DNA of 64,000 nt from an uncultured Armatimonadetes bacterium (GCA_963717145.1 OY970325.1:1856001-1920000); one strand, 5' to 3'; shown: positions 45,673-56,322, counted from the stretch's first letter. Notes: generated by a model from the sequence alone, not told the origin. Translations and numbers: made by a program.

Positions 45673-46794
45673 ATGGCTAACCAAGACAGGCTCGTAAACG
45701 ATTTTCTGCGACTCGCGGCGGTGAACAGCCCGAGCAGACACGAGAAGCAGGTCGCCGATATGCTCGCGGCGGACCTTGGGGCGCTCGGCTTCGAGGTGGT
45801 GCGCGACAATGCCGGCGACAAGATCGACGGCGACACAGGCAACGTGATCGGCAACATGAAGGGGACGCTCCCCGACGCAGTGCCGATCCTCCTGAGCGCG
45901 CACATGGATACAGTCGCGCCGACCGACGAGGGATGGGGTTACGTAATTGAGGGCGACACGATCCGCTCGACCGGCCAGACGATCCTCGGCGCGGACGACA
46001 AGGCCGGGATCGCCGCTGTTCTGGAGGGCATCCGCCTCGTCAAGGAACAGGGGACCGAGCACGGCGACATCCAGGTCATGTTCAGCATCAGCGAGGAGAC
46101 CGGTCTCTACGGCGCCCGGTACGTCGATCCTGCTCTCCTGACTTCGAGGTGCGGCTTCGTATTCGATATGGGGAAGCCGGTCGGATGTGTAGTCGTTTCA
46201 GCGCCGACCCATGACAACCTCCTCTTCAAGGTCCACGGCAGGGCGTCACATGCCGGCGCGAAGCCTGAGGACGGCATCAGCGCCATCGTCGTCGCGAGCA
46301 AGGCGATCGCCAACATGAGGCTGGGGCGCATCGACAAGGAGACCACCGCGAACATCGGCGGCATCAGCGGCGGCACGGCCCGAAATATCGTACCTGAGTT
46401 CTGCGAGTGCCGAGGCGAGGCCCGGAGTCGGAACAACGAGAAGCTGGACGCGCAGGTCAGTCACATGACCGAGTGCTTCAAGCAGGCGGCCGAGGAGATG
46501 GGCGCGACTGTCGAGGTCGAGGTCAAGCGCTCGTATCAGACCTACCGGCTTTCAGAGGGCGATGAGGTCATCCGGCTCGCACTGGAGGCCGCGCGGAGGG
46601 CCGGCATCGAGCCGCAACTCCACGAAACCGGGGGTGGAAGCGACGCCAGCATCTTCAACGCGCAGGGCTTCCCGACTACCGTCATCGGCGTCGGCTATGA
46701 TGGCGCTCACTCGGTCACCGAGTATATCACCATCTCCGATTTCATCAAGTGCGCGGACATGGTCGCGGCTCTCATCGAAGTCGCGGCAGGATAG
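45673..46794 (+). CDS. M20 metallopeptidase (peptidase T-like)
   Basis: AHMDTV, LGADDKAG, SEETGL, HAG..PE.GI, GGGSDA. Confidence 0.92.
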   Translation: MANQDRLVNDFLRLAAVNSPSRHEKQVADMLAADLGALGFEVVRDNAGDKIDGDTGNVIGNMKGTLPDAVPILLSAHMDTVAPTDEGWGYVIEGDTIRSTGQTILGADDKAGIAAVLEGIRLVKEQGTEHGDIQVMFSISEETGLYGARYVDPALLTSRCGFVFDMGKPVGCVVVSAPTHDNLLFKVHGRASHAGAKPEDGISAIVVASKAIANMRLGRIDKETTANIGGISGGTARNIVPEFCECRGEARSRNNEKLDAQVSHMTECFKQAAEEMGATVEVEVKRSYQTYRLSEGDEVIRLALEAARRAGIEPQLHETGGGSDASIFNAQGFPTTVIGVGYDGAHSVTEYITISDFIKCADMVAALIEVAAG

Positions 46795-46808
46795 TCAACC
46801 GATCCGCT

Positions 46809-46933
46809 GGTTGGTGCGGATCTGCAATCCAGCACCCGGTGGCAATATGGGCATCTGTGATCCCGCAACGCTGGAATGGCATCACAGATGCCCATATTGC
46901 CACCGGGTGCTGGATTACAAATCCGCACCAACC
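46809..46933. repeat. Long REP-like palindrome
   Basis: About 53-nt arms GGTTGGTGCGGATCTGCAATCCAGCACC...; lies between convergent genes. Confidence 0.9.
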
Positions 46934-46970
46934 GTGCCTGTCTGTCTTGGCGGTCTTGGCGTTTTGGCGG

Positions 46971-48365
46971 TTACTGACCCGTTCCCTCGCTGTCGCTCAA
47001 CGACTCGGGACGCCGGATGTGTCCCGGAAGGTTGCGGACCATATCCCTCGCACGACCCGCATCCGGCTCACTGATGTACTTCGCCACGAATGCCGCCGCC
47101 AGCATAATCGGGATCGTGACGTAGAACGTGCAGCGGACGTCGGTCGTGATCCCAATGACCTTCAGCCAGTCGGGCAGGTGTCCTCCGATGGCCGGCATCG
47201 GAGCGGCCAGGAGTATGACCACGACCGCATACACCGCGAGCTGCACGGACCTCCCCGCGCTCGGAGTCAACTTGTAGATCAGCGTGCTGAGCGCCACGGA
47301 TATCCCCGCGATCGCGAACCCGCCGATGAGGTTCAGCGGGATGACCGTCGCGTAGACAGCAACCGGTTTCGTCAGCCATATCCAACAGAGCGGGGTCGGC
47401 GACAGGCACAGGGTACAGGCGATCAGTACCGGACGGCACCCGTATCGGTCCACGATCCGCCCCCAGAATGGCGATGAAAGCAGCATCGTGACGGTCGAGA
47501 CGCCGCCGAGTATCCCGAAGCCGAGGAACGGCATCTTCAGGTCGCGCAGGATGTATGTGGCATAGAACGGTGCGGCGATCGTCTGGAGCGACCAGATCAC
47601 CGAGAAGACCATCATCACCATCAGCGGACGGTTCGCCACTGTATCCCGGACCATCTGGCGGAATCTTCGGCGCGACTCCTCCTGGATCAGCGGCACATCC
47701 GACTGGGGGAGAAACAGCAGTACGTTCACCAGACCGAAGATCATCCCGAACAGAAACAGCCAACTGAAGCCGGCGATCCCCACGCTCTTCGCGCGGTCGA
47801 GAAACATGCCCTCGATCAGCGCGAAGATCGCCCCGATGATCCCTGCGTACATGATGAGCCGCCCGAAGAACATCCCGCGCTGCTTGGCGGGAATCAGGTC
47901 GCCGATCCAACTCGACCGGGCGTTCCCGGCGACGTAGGCGAACACCGTGTTCATCGTGATGATGGCGATAAGCGCGGTGATCCGGAGGTCCTTCGACATG
48001 CCGCGTGTCAGTATCGGCAGACAGACGATCAGCGCCCAGCCTGTTACGTTCATGAGCGACCCGGCGATCGTGAGTCGGCGTCGGCTCATCCCCCGCTCGA
48101 TCACCATGGCGGAGATAAGCTGTACCCCGATGGTAAGCATCGGGATGGTCGTCATCAGCCCGATCTGGACGTTGTTCGCGCCGAGTGCCAGCGCGTAGCC
48201 GATGAGGAACATGCCGCCGGTCGATGCCGCGTAGATCGCGCTGAGCATCGACTGGGCGTAGGAGAACCGGATCGCCCGCTCGATCTCATGATCGGGAAGC
48301 GGCGGGTCCGGCTGCTCGGGCAGTAGGCTGCTTTCTGTATGATTCGTGTCCGTGGGTTCGGTCAT
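46971..48365 (-). CDS. MFS transporter
   Basis: About 12 TM helices, WG.IVDRYGCRP, W..DLIP...RG.FFG. Confidence 0.9.
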   Translation of the reverse strand: MTEPTDTNHTESSLLPEQPDPPLPDHEIERAIRFSYAQSMLSAIYAASTGGMFLIGYALALGANNVQIGLMTTIPMLTIGVQLISAMVIERGMSRRRLTIAGSLMNVTGWALIVCLPILTRGMSKDLRITALIAIITMNTVFAYVAGNARSSWIGDLIPAKQRGMFFGRLIMYAGIIGAIFALIEGMFLDRAKSVGIAGFSWLFLFGMIFGLVNVLLFLPQSDVPLIQEESRRRFRQMVRDTVANRPLMVMMVFSVIWSLQTIAAPFYATYILRDLKMPFLGFGILGGVSTVTMLLSSPFWGRIVDRYGCRPVLIACTLCLSPTPLCWIWLTKPVAVYATVIPLNLIGGFAIAGISVALSTLIYKLTPSAGRSVQLAVYAVVVILLAAPMPAIGGHLPDWLKVIGITTDVRCTFYVTIPIMLAAAFVAKYISEPDAGRARDMVRNLPGHIRRPESLSDSEGTGQ

Positions 48366-48457
48366 GCTATGAGGATTACCCACCGCGTCTTGACATTCAT
48401 CCTGCATGTTGCGGGAAAAGTCACCAGCAAGGAGAAAAAAGCGGTCTCTTGCGAGGA

Positions 48458-48976
48458 TCAGCGCTGGTCCGGCCGCCAATCTTTGATATCCTTGATCTTT
48501 TCTGGCGGAAGGTTGCGAGCGATGATAGGCATCGATCTTTGCGTCGAATCAAACTTCGTAAAGAACCGCAGGCGGAGGCTATCCACCACGGCGACAAACA
48601 CAGGGATGATCCCATGTTCAGACTCCTGTGTGACTACAGCGCGAACGTGATCCCAGGGTATGAGCACTCTTCGGATTGTGAGGAAAGGTGAACGGCGGTC
48701 ACTGAACTCTAACCCCTGAGGCCCAACGGTCAGCCTGATCGACCACCGTGAGAGCCCATATATGCCGAGATACAGCGCAAACGCAGCCTCTGCCAGCAAT
48801 GGCGTGGACACCCACCAGGGATCATGGTAGGCGAGGTGCTGCCGAATCAGGACTTCTCCACTCATCAAGAATACACAACCTATACAGATCACGCCGGCCA
48901 GTGAGTACACGATGATCGTCTTTCGGCTCGGGCCCAGCGTGACTTGTTCGTCGTCACATGAGATGGCCGTGCGCAT
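48458..48976 (-). CDS. Hypothetical 2-TM protein with a PH-like soluble domain
   Basis: GGAG RBS, two TM helices, L...GL...IPW..V pattern. Confidence 0.55.
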   Translation of the reverse strand: MRTAISCDDEQVTLGPSRKTIIVYSLAGVICIGCVFLMSGEVLIRQHLAYHDPWWVSTPLLAEAAFALYLGIYGLSRWSIRLTVGPQGLEFSDRRSPFLTIRRVLIPWDHVRAVVTQESEHGIIPVFVAVVDSLRLRFFTKFDSTQRSMPIIARNLPPEKIKDIKDWRPDQR

Positions 48977-49019
48977 CCTTATGCTCCCCACTCCGCGTTC
49001 CGCGTTCGCAATTCCGCAT

Positions 49020-50282
49020 TCAGAGGATGCCCTCCAGCATCTCGATCGCCTCGGTGATCGATTCGTCGAAGGCGGCGGCAACCCTGGTGAGGTCGTCCTC
49101 GGAGATGATCAAAGGCGGCTCGAAGCGGATGACCTTCGGATTGTTGAGCGTGTAGGCGACGATGACCCCACGCCGCACTAGGCCGCCAATGCACAGCTCG
49201 CCAACTTCCTCGTGTGTGAACTCGACGCCGATCATGAGGCCCATCCCACGGACATCATGCACCGCCTTGGGATGTTTCTCCTGAACGGCACGGAGTTGGG
49301 CGATGAAGCCACCGCCTACCCTCGCGGCTCGAGAAGCCAGGTCGTCGCGGCGGATGACGTTGATCGCGGTCAGAGCCGCGGTACATGCGAGCGGATTCCC
49401 GCCGAACGTCGAGGTGTGCATCAGCGGGTTCTCGGAGAAGACCGCTTCCCAGATCTCAGGCGTCCCGACGAACGCGCCGATCGGCATGACTCCTCCGCCG
49501 AGCGCCTTCGCCAGCGTCAGGATGTCCGGTTCGACGCCCCAATGCTCGCAGGCGAAGAGCTTCCCGGTGCGACCGAGGCCGGTCTGAATCTCGTCCACGA
49601 TCAGGAGCGCGCCGTTCGCAGTGCAAAGCTCGCGGAGTCGAGGCAGATAGTCGTCGGATGGCACGCGGATTCCGCCCTCGCCCTGGATCGGCTCGACGAT
49701 CACGGCGGCGGTGTCCTGAGTGAAGGCATCCTCGACCGCCTTTGCATCGCCGAATGGAACGTGCGTGAAACCGGGGATAAGCGGCTCGAACGGAGACTTG
49801 TAGAGTTCGCGGCCGGTCGCGGAGAGCGAGCCCATACTCTTTCCATGGAATCCGCCGATCGTGGAGATGAAACCGTTCCGCCCGGTGAACATCCTCGCGG
49901 CCTTGAGAGCGCCTTCCACGGCCTCCGAGCCGCTGTTGCCGAAGAAGCTGAACTTGAGGCGGCCTGGAGTAATCTCCGCGAGGAGTTCCGCAAGGTCGGC
50001 GAGAGGCTTGTTGAAGAAGGTCTTAGATGAGAGCGGCATCCTGTCAAGCTGCGCATGAACAGCCGCGACGACCTCGGGGTGCCGATGACCGAGGCTGAAG
50101 ACGCCGTACCCACCGAGGCAGTCGATGTATTCGTTCCCCGAGACGTCGGTCACGATGACGCCCTGAGCCGACGCCTCGACATCATTGAACCCGGCGAACC
50201 GCATCAGGTTCGCGAGCGTCGGATTGACGTACTCCTTGTATTTGTCGATCGTCTCATCGATGATCTGCTCTGGGTCTTCCAT
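49020..50282 (-). CDS. Class III aminotransferase (putrescine aminotransferase-like)
   Basis: DCLGGYG..SLGHRHP, NSGSEAVEGALK, EPIQGEGG, DEIQTGLGRTG, AKALGGG. Confidence 0.92.
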   Translation of the reverse strand: MEDPEQIIDETIDKYKEYVNPTLANLMRFAGFNDVEASAQGVIVTDVSGNEYIDCLGGYGVFSLGHRHPEVVAAVHAQLDRMPLSSKTFFNKPLADLAELLAEITPGRLKFSFFGNSGSEAVEGALKAARMFTGRNGFISTIGGFHGKSMGSLSATGRELYKSPFEPLIPGFTHVPFGDAKAVEDAFTQDTAAVIVEPIQGEGGIRVPSDDYLPRLRELCTANGALLIVDEIQTGLGRTGKLFACEHWGVEPDILTLAKALGGGVMPIGAFVGTPEIWEAVFSENPLMHTSTFGGNPLACTAALTAINVIRRDDLASRAARVGGGFIAQLRAVQEKHPKAVHDVRGMGLMIGVEFTHEEVGELCIGGLVRRGVIVAYTLNNPKVIRFEPPLIISEDDLTRVAAAFDESITEAIEMLEGIL

Positions 50283-50302
50283 GAATCTCTCCTTGCTCTT
50301 GG

Positions 50303-50377
50303 AACCGCCGATGAACGCAAATGAACGCAGATATCAAGATCCGGACAATCTGCGTCCATCTGCGTTCATCGGCGGTT
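50303..50377. repeat. Inverted 10-mer repeat (ATGAACGCAG)
   Basis: AACCGCCGATGAACGCAAATGAACGCAGAT...ATCTGCGTCCATCTGCGTTCATCGGCGGTT. Confidence 0.85.
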
Positions 50378-52145
50378 AATGCTGCTCTGTCAGTTCAATA
50401 TCATCAAACCAGGTCGTGCCTGTGTTCTTCTCGCTGATAAGGTTCACCCGGACGAGGCATGCATCCTCGGGACAGGTGGCTTCCATCACCACCTTCTTCC
50501 AGTCGCCAGTGCCGGTGATGTTCTCCGAGCGGACCTCGCCCTTGTAGGTCCACTGATTCCCACTGTACCAGTATAGAGCGATCTGGTTGTTCCCCGTAGC
50601 GTTCTCCATCTTGATCCAGCCGCTCAGACGGTAGCTCTTCCCTGGATCGACCGGGATCGGGGTCGCATCCCACGCGGCGCGCTCGCCCGATTTCGAGATC
50701 GAGACGCATTTCGAGCCGCCTCTCCCCTTATCGCTCGTCTCCAGAGTGCCGCCCTTCGCGGATGACTCGAACCGGCCCGGATTCCACCAACCGGGGTGGC
50801 CATCGTGAATGATGTCGAGCGAACCGTTGTTCAAGAGGTTCTGACCCGGGCGCTCGATATACGGGTTCGCGGTCTTACTGACTGCACCCAAGAGCTTGGC
50901 ATCGACGCCCGTGACGATCACCGGCACTTCGCCGACCGTGAACCTGCCCTCCTTGACGTCGATCTCGTTCCCGAGGATGTCCATCGCCGAGAGCCCGGTC
51001 TTCTGCTGCAGAGTCACCGGTTTCTTCGAGTCGTCGTTCGACCACATGATAAGCACGCGCTTCCCCTGACGTGGGGGAGAGCCCGTGAACACGTAGCACG
51101 CCACGTCCTTGCCGACCGTGGTGTATCCCTCGAACTGCGCGCACTTGCCGGGAGAGCCGAGCGCCTTGGTCATCATCTGGTACGCCTTGTACGAGGGCTT
51201 CGGGTCGAAGGGCTCGAAGCTCCGAACCAGTCCCCATTTCTCGCCCCAGTCGTCGAGACAGAACCACTGCAGGTTGCCAACCCCGTTCGCCAGGCTGATA
51301 ACGTAGGATTGGATGGTGTAGATCGCCTGTTCCCGGTCCTCGCGCTCGTTCCGCGAGACCCAACCCATCTCGGTGATCCAGAGAGGCTTCGGTTTCCCTT
51401 TCGAGGCGATGTACTCCTGGTTCTGACGCAGAATCTTGTCGAGGCGCTGGGGGATCGGTCCTCCCGCCATCGAGTAGGGATGGATCGAGATCCCGTCGCA
51501 CGAATCCCAACCGCCGTTCTTGTGAATGCCATCGATGAACCCCAGGTCCGGACCGCTAGTCGATCCTGCGAAGACCATGCAATCCGGGTCCGCCTTCTTC
51601 GCGGCCTTATACGCAGCCTGGAGCATCAAGGTGTAGTCCTTCACATTCGGTTCGGGCCAGAACGTGGGGATGTTCGGCTCGTTCCAGATCTCCCAGACCT
51701 TGAACGTATCCTTGTAGCGGTTCACCACCTCGTAGACGTAGTTCGCATAGGCCGCGCGTTCCTCATCGGTCGCGGGAGGAGTACTCTTCGACCAGGCGCT
51801 GGAGTAGCACAGAATCACGAGCGCGTTGATCTTCTCGTCCCGATAGAACTCCGCGACCTTATCGGCGTAGGTCCAGTCGAACTTGCCCTTCTCCGGCTCG
51901 ATGACGCCCCACCAAAGCTCGAGCCGGTCCCAATACATCCCGGCGTCGCGCATCACCTTGGCCGTCCGAGCGGCTTCCGTCCAGACATTGGGGTTCTCGC
52001 GGTTGTGTGCGAGCTTCAGGCCGTTCATCCCGAACGGCGATGGGTCGTACTTGGCGGCGGCCCAGGCGCCCGCGGACATGGCGATCAGTACCGAGCAGAA
52101 AGCGATCAGGCGATAGTTCAATGGATTACCTCTCTTATCGATCAT
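50376..52145 (-). CDS. GH39-like glycoside hydrolase with a C-terminal CBM4/9-like domain
   Basis: LCYSSAW, WEIWNEPN, IHPY, WITEMGW; NLLNNGS, GTTWFDDI. Confidence 0.85.
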   Translation of the reverse strand: MIDKRGNPLNYRLIAFCSVLIAMSAGAWAAAKYDPSPFGMNGLKLAHNRENPNVWTEAARTAKVMRDAGMYWDRLELWWGVIEPEKGKFDWTYADKVAEFYRDEKINALVILCYSSAWSKSTPPATDEERAAYANYVYEVVNRYKDTFKVWEIWNEPNIPTFWPEPNVKDYTLMLQAAYKAAKKADPDCMVFAGSTSGPDLGFIDGIHKNGGWDSCDGISIHPYSMAGGPIPQRLDKILRQNQEYIASKGKPKPLWITEMGWVSRNEREDREQAIYTIQSYVISLANGVGNLQWFCLDDWGEKWGLVRSFEPFDPKPSYKAYQMMTKALGSPGKCAQFEGYTTVGKDVACYVFTGSPPRQGKRVLIMWSNDDSKKPVTLQQKTGLSAMDILGNEIDVKEGRFTVGEVPVIVTGVDAKLLGAVSKTANPYIERPGQNLLNNGSLDIIHDGHPGWWNPGRFESSAKGGTLETSDKGRGGSKCVSISKSGERAAWDATPIPVDPGKSYRLSGWIKMENATGNNQIALYWYSGNQWTYKGEVRSENITGTGDWKKVVMEATCPEDACLVRVNLISEKNTGTTWFDDIELTEQH

Positions 52146-54805
52146 GGCTCCGACGCGCGAATCAGTCTCAGATAGCTGGTCTTCTTCCTGCCCGCGGAAG
52201 TGAGATCAATGACAATCCCATCCTTTGCGGGTGCAATGTGGAGCAAGGTTTCCTCACTAGTGTTCGGGAGCTTCTGCTGCCCCGCCTCCGCAAGCGCCGT
52301 GGCGAACAACAGCGTGCCCACATCCTCGCAGGCGCGGATAACCGGAATGGCCTTGACCCCTTTCTCGGCGCATTCCCGACAGACGTAGGTTATCGGGTGC
52401 AGCATACCTGCGACTCTGCCGCTGAACCTGGACCAATCATGCGTAGGCTGCTTCGACAGACCGGGGATGCCGCTGATCCAGACCGGCTTGTCCGACTTTA
52501 CCTTCGACCACTGCTTGATGAGAAGGTCCACCAGGTCGTCACATCCGCGCCGGTAATAATCGTCCCATTTCCCGGAGAGCTCGAAGCATGCGAAGACGAC
52601 AGGCTCCAGGGGCACGCTCCCAAGACCGGTCTTCGAGGACATCGATGGGAACCGCGAACTGGGAGGGACATCTATGGAATCAGCGCCGTGTTCGCCAAGG
52701 AAACCTTCCCTTGCCTCCCGATTATGTCCGAGCATCCCGATTCTGAGCATGCCTTGCGTCATCGACACATGATCCAATACCAAGCCATCCAGATCGTACT
52801 CCGCCAGATCGTCAAACAGCCCCTGAAGCTTCGAGCGGACCTCATCGCTGAAAGGAGTGACGCCATCGCCGGTCAACGCCTCTCCGTAGCCGACCTTCTC
52901 CAAGGCGCCTTCGTATCCGGGCGGAGTCCCGTACATGCCCAGCAGTTGCCCGTGGGTGCGCCCGAGGATATCATAGTCCAGGAGGTCCGTTCTCTTCGAG
53001 AGCCAGTGCCCCTTGCTTCCATCGGACCAGCGGAGAACATCCACTACGCCATACACCTCTATGCCCTTGCCGTGAGCCAGGGAGATGACTCTCTGCAGGA
53101 AGTCTGCATCCAGGCCACCCTTCAGAGGAAATCGGCTGCTCGGGAAAGCGGTGTATCCGTCGGCAAAGACACGGAGATACAGAGTGTTGAACCCGTACCT
53201 CTCGATCGTGTCCACAATCTCTTTCGGTGTGTCGGACTTTGCCGGCTTCCATATGCATCCCTTCAGCGGAGTCGTGAGAGGCAGGCGAAGATCCGATGGT
53301 GCATCTGAATAGGATGCCACGTCGATGGCGGAGTGCCGCCGGAACACGCTCAGGTCTTCGTCCCCACCACGGGGGGCGAAGACCCGACTCATGCCGGGGA
53401 ACTCGAACTCCAGTCTGACTCCCATGCCACCGCGGACCGACATGAGCGATGTATCCGAAGGCATCTTCGAAGCCAGCCGTTCCTTGATAAAACCCTGCTG
53501 CTCGGAACTGAGTGCGCTCCACGGCAGACCCCTGTTCTCACCATAGGGGTCTGCACTGCGCTTTGCCAGGTCGTCAAGCTGTGCGGGGGTGAAGGTGAAC
53601 GGCGAACCCGGCAGGAAGGGCAGAGTCTTCAGCAGGTTCATCCGGCCCAGTAGGCTATCCCATGCATCCTCCAATCCGGCTTCCTGCATCCGCGCTATCT
53701 CGGCAGACTCCCTGAGGCGCGCCCGAATCTGCCCGATGCCTGCCTTATCGAAGGTGAAGAGATACCCACTGCCGACCCTTCGCCACGTTCCGGTTGTCGC
53801 CAGCGAAACGGCCTTCAGCACGCTGCTTGCAGGGATATTCGATAGAGAGGTAAACAAGCGCACCTGATCAGATCCGGGACTCGCATGGAGATTGAGCCCC
53901 GTCTGTCCCGCTATCAGGGCGATGAGATCACGAACATTCGTCTTTCCCGTGGAAGAGACAGGCTTGTCGAGCGCGCTCGACGAGTAATCCAGATCCGACT
54001 CCTTCAGCGTGTTCGGTATCAGCGGAGGCTCTTCCTGATCCTGAGGCCAACCATAGTACCACAGGCTGTCGTATCCCGACTTCCAATTCCGCTGATCCTT
54101 TATGACTTGCCACGACCCTCCGAGCGGCGACTCGGTCGCCACCCCGTAGCCGCCGCTGCTCCCATGCCGTCCATCCGGATGCTTTATACTGAAGCCGATA
54201 TCCGACAGCGCGATCCAGGCAAAGACTTTCCCCGACTTGAGGGGCACCTCCTCTGCCGCGACTACTCTTGTCCCGTCGAGGCTCCCGTCCTCCCATACCG
54301 GATAGACTACCTTGCCGCGAGCAAAGAGCCTCTTCACTATCTCCACTTGCTCGCCATTGAGGCTATTGAGAGCCAAGCCCTGCCCGGATGCAATCATTCG
54401 CCATTGAGCCTCGCTCAGGCTCTGGAGAAGGTCGGCACTGCATCTCTTTGCCGACTGCATAGGCTGCGCTGGGTCGCTGAGCATTGAGGAGAAATCCCGC
54501 CTCTGCGACGGACCGATCACGGTTATGCCGGCCTCCTCGAAGACTCCTAGCTCGAACGACTCGGCCAGTTCCCTGAGGGACTCAGGGGTTTCCTTCGGCT
54601 TCATGTCGGCAGTGCGCACCCACAAAGCCGCCACGAGCGGCCCCGGAAGGCCTTTCTCTGCCAGTTCGTCGAGCCGCTGCTCCAATAGCACTGCGGACGG
54701 CGACACTTCCGCCGACATACAGGCCGAAGGGACGAAGATGCACGCCATCAGGAGTGCCAGGGTTACCACGAGTAGCTTGTTGCGATGCATGTTAGTTGCC
54801 ATCAT
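52142..54805 (-). CDS. Large exported protein: STN-like domain plus degenerate DUF187-like barrel
   Basis: Signal peptide at MMATNM; GFNTLYLRVF..G...FPS, AHGKGIEVYG, DLDGLVLD. Confidence 0.65.
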   Translation of the reverse strand: MMATNMHRNKLLVVTLALLMACIFVPSACMSAEVSPSAVLLEQRLDELAEKGLPGPLVAALWVRTADMKPKETPESLRELAESFELGVFEEAGITVIGPSQRRDFSSMLSDPAQPMQSAKRCSADLLQSLSEAQWRMIASGQGLALNSLNGEQVEIVKRLFARGKVVYPVWEDGSLDGTRVVAAEEVPLKSGKVFAWIALSDIGFSIKHPDGRHGSSGGYGVATESPLGGSWQVIKDQRNWKSGYDSLWYYGWPQDQEEPPLIPNTLKESDLDYSSSALDKPVSSTGKTNVRDLIALIAGQTGLNLHASPGSDQVRLFTSLSNIPASSVLKAVSLATTGTWRRVGSGYLFTFDKAGIGQIRARLRESAEIARMQEAGLEDAWDSLLGRMNLLKTLPFLPGSPFTFTPAQLDDLAKRSADPYGENRGLPWSALSSEQQGFIKERLASKMPSDTSLMSVRGGMGVRLEFEFPGMSRVFAPRGGDEDLSVFRRHSAIDVASYSDAPSDLRLPLTTPLKGCIWKPAKSDTPKEIVDTIERYGFNTLYLRVFADGYTAFPSSRFPLKGGLDADFLQRVISLAHGKGIEVYGVVDVLRWSDGSKGHWLSKRTDLLDYDILGRTHGQLLGMYGTPPGYEGALEKVGYGEALTGDGVTPFSDEVRSKLQGLFDDLAEYDLDGLVLDHVSMTQGMLRIGMLGHNREAREGFLGEHGADSIDVPPSSRFPSMSSKTGLGSVPLEPVVFACFELSGKWDDYYRRGCDDLVDLLIKQWSKVKSDKPVWISGIPGLSKQPTHDWSRFSGRVAGMLHPITYVCRECAEKGVKAIPVIRACEDVGTLLFATALAEAGQQKLPNTSEETLLHIAPAKDGIVIDLTSAGRKKTSYLRLIRASEP

Positions 54806-54822
54806 GCAGCCTCCGGATACGA

Positions 54823-56286
54823 CTAGTGCTTGACCAAAGTGCTGATCTCCCCAATCCGCATGGAATACGCGCCCTCGTCGTCTTTGGAGAGCCTCGTGGC
54901 CAAGATGCGAAAGCGGCTGGCCGTGACCGTCTTGCCAAACATCAGCTTCTGAGGCGATCCATCCGGGTTGGGGCTGCCTGTGAACCCTCTGATAAACGTC
55001 CACGTCTTGCCGTCCCGACTGTTCTCGACCATGAACTCCGCCGGGAAGCCGAATCCGCCCGCCGTGGGAGTGACCTCCAGCCCGTCGATCGCGAATGGGC
55101 CGCCGAGCCACACGGATGCCCACTCTTCCGCGTCGGGCGAATCATGTTTCGCACTGCTCCAACACGTTACCGGGTCGCCGTCGATCGCTCGCGGGCCGGA
55201 CCAGGTCCAGTCGATCTGCGAGCTGACCTCGATGTGTACGGGTTGGCCAAATCCCGTCGTCGTCAACTCCACCGGGTCGATGAATGTAGCCCAGTTCGCC
55301 CAACCGAAATCCTGGCCGGTCATGTCCTTTCCGGGCCATCCGTAGGAATAGGAAATAGACGTCGGGGTCCGGCCGTCTATGTGCCCGATCTCATTCCCGC
55401 TGATCCCCATGTTGTGCGCGCCGGTCTGCACGCGAGTCCCTCTGAACGGTGTCCGCTGCCAACTGATCCCGTCCGGGGACTGCCAGACTGAGACCGTGGC
55501 ATTGACGGTGAAGATCCGGTTGTATGTGGCAACGGCCACGAACCTCTCGAGCCCGTCCACATACTTCACGTCGATCGAATCCTCGCCGTTCGATCCCTTG
55601 TGGGGCAATACGTGGCCTTTCAGAACCATGTGCGCCGGCCAGTCATCCGCTGTGGGATCGTTGCAGACCGCGAGGTTCACGAACAGTTGCCCGTCGTTCC
55701 AGGTATAGTACGCGTAGAGCTTGCCGTCCTTCATCACGAACGAGGGCTCGCCGCATCCCCACTGCTTCGGATCGCCGGTGTATCGGAGGAAGATCTCCGG
55801 AGCGCCGCCCCACCCCTTGCCGTTCCATTTCTCATACGGCCCGCCCGCGAGCTTCGACCTTGCGAGGAAGACGTGGTTGCTGCTTCCATCGACCGTTGCC
55901 ACTGCGGTGTATCCGACATAGTAGTAGCCGCCGAATCGAATCGCGCCGGGATCGCAGCAGGAGAACTTGTCCGGGCTGTCATCGGTGGGGGTGATGACAA
56001 TCTCGTCATCGGGCAGAGTCCAGGTCTTTCCGCCGTCGGGCGAATGCCGGTAGCGGATCTGGTCCCAGTGTTTGCCGTCGTAGCAACTGGCCGCGAACCA
56101 CATGTCGATGCTGCCGTCCGGGTTCGAGATGATGCTCGGCCCGTACCGATATCCCTGACCGGGGAATATCTGCCATCCCCCCGGCTTGCTGACGATCTCA
56201 ACCGCATTCGGAAGCCCGCCAACCGCATTCCCTATCCCCATGATCCCGAATAACAGACCGATCACCACCAAACGCAGTATCCGCAT
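54823..56286 (-). CDS. Beta-propeller glycoside hydrolase-like protein with F5/8-type domain
   Basis: YRYGPSII, CCDPG, WGCGEPS; AIDGD..T.WSS, GFP..F..E.S.DG..W. Confidence 0.8.
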   Translation of the reverse strand: MRILRLVVIGLLFGIMGIGNAVGGLPNAVEIVSKPGGWQIFPGQGYRYGPSIISNPDGSIDMWFAASCYDGKHWDQIRYRHSPDGGKTWTLPDDEIVITPTDDSPDKFSCCDPGAIRFGGYYYVGYTAVATVDGSSNHVFLARSKLAGGPYEKWNGKGWGGAPEIFLRYTGDPKQWGCGEPSFVMKDGKLYAYYTWNDGQLFVNLAVCNDPTADDWPAHMVLKGHVLPHKGSNGEDSIDVKYVDGLERFVAVATYNRIFTVNATVSVWQSPDGISWQRTPFRGTRVQTGAHNMGISGNEIGHIDGRTPTSISYSYGWPGKDMTGQDFGWANWATFIDPVELTTTGFGQPVHIEVSSQIDWTWSGPRAIDGDPVTCWSSAKHDSPDAEEWASVWLGGPFAIDGLEVTPTAGGFGFPAEFMVENSRDGKTWTFIRGFTGSPNPDGSPQKLMFGKTVTASRFRILATRLSKDDEGAYSMRIGEISTLVKH

Positions 56287-56317
56287 TCTGACTCCTGACT
56301 TCTGACTCCTGACTCCT
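56287..56317. repeat. Heptamer tandem repeat (CTGACTC)n
   Basis: Fills the intergenic gap; on the minus strand it supplies GGAG in RBS position. Confidence 0.8.
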
Positions 56318-56322
56318 CACCC

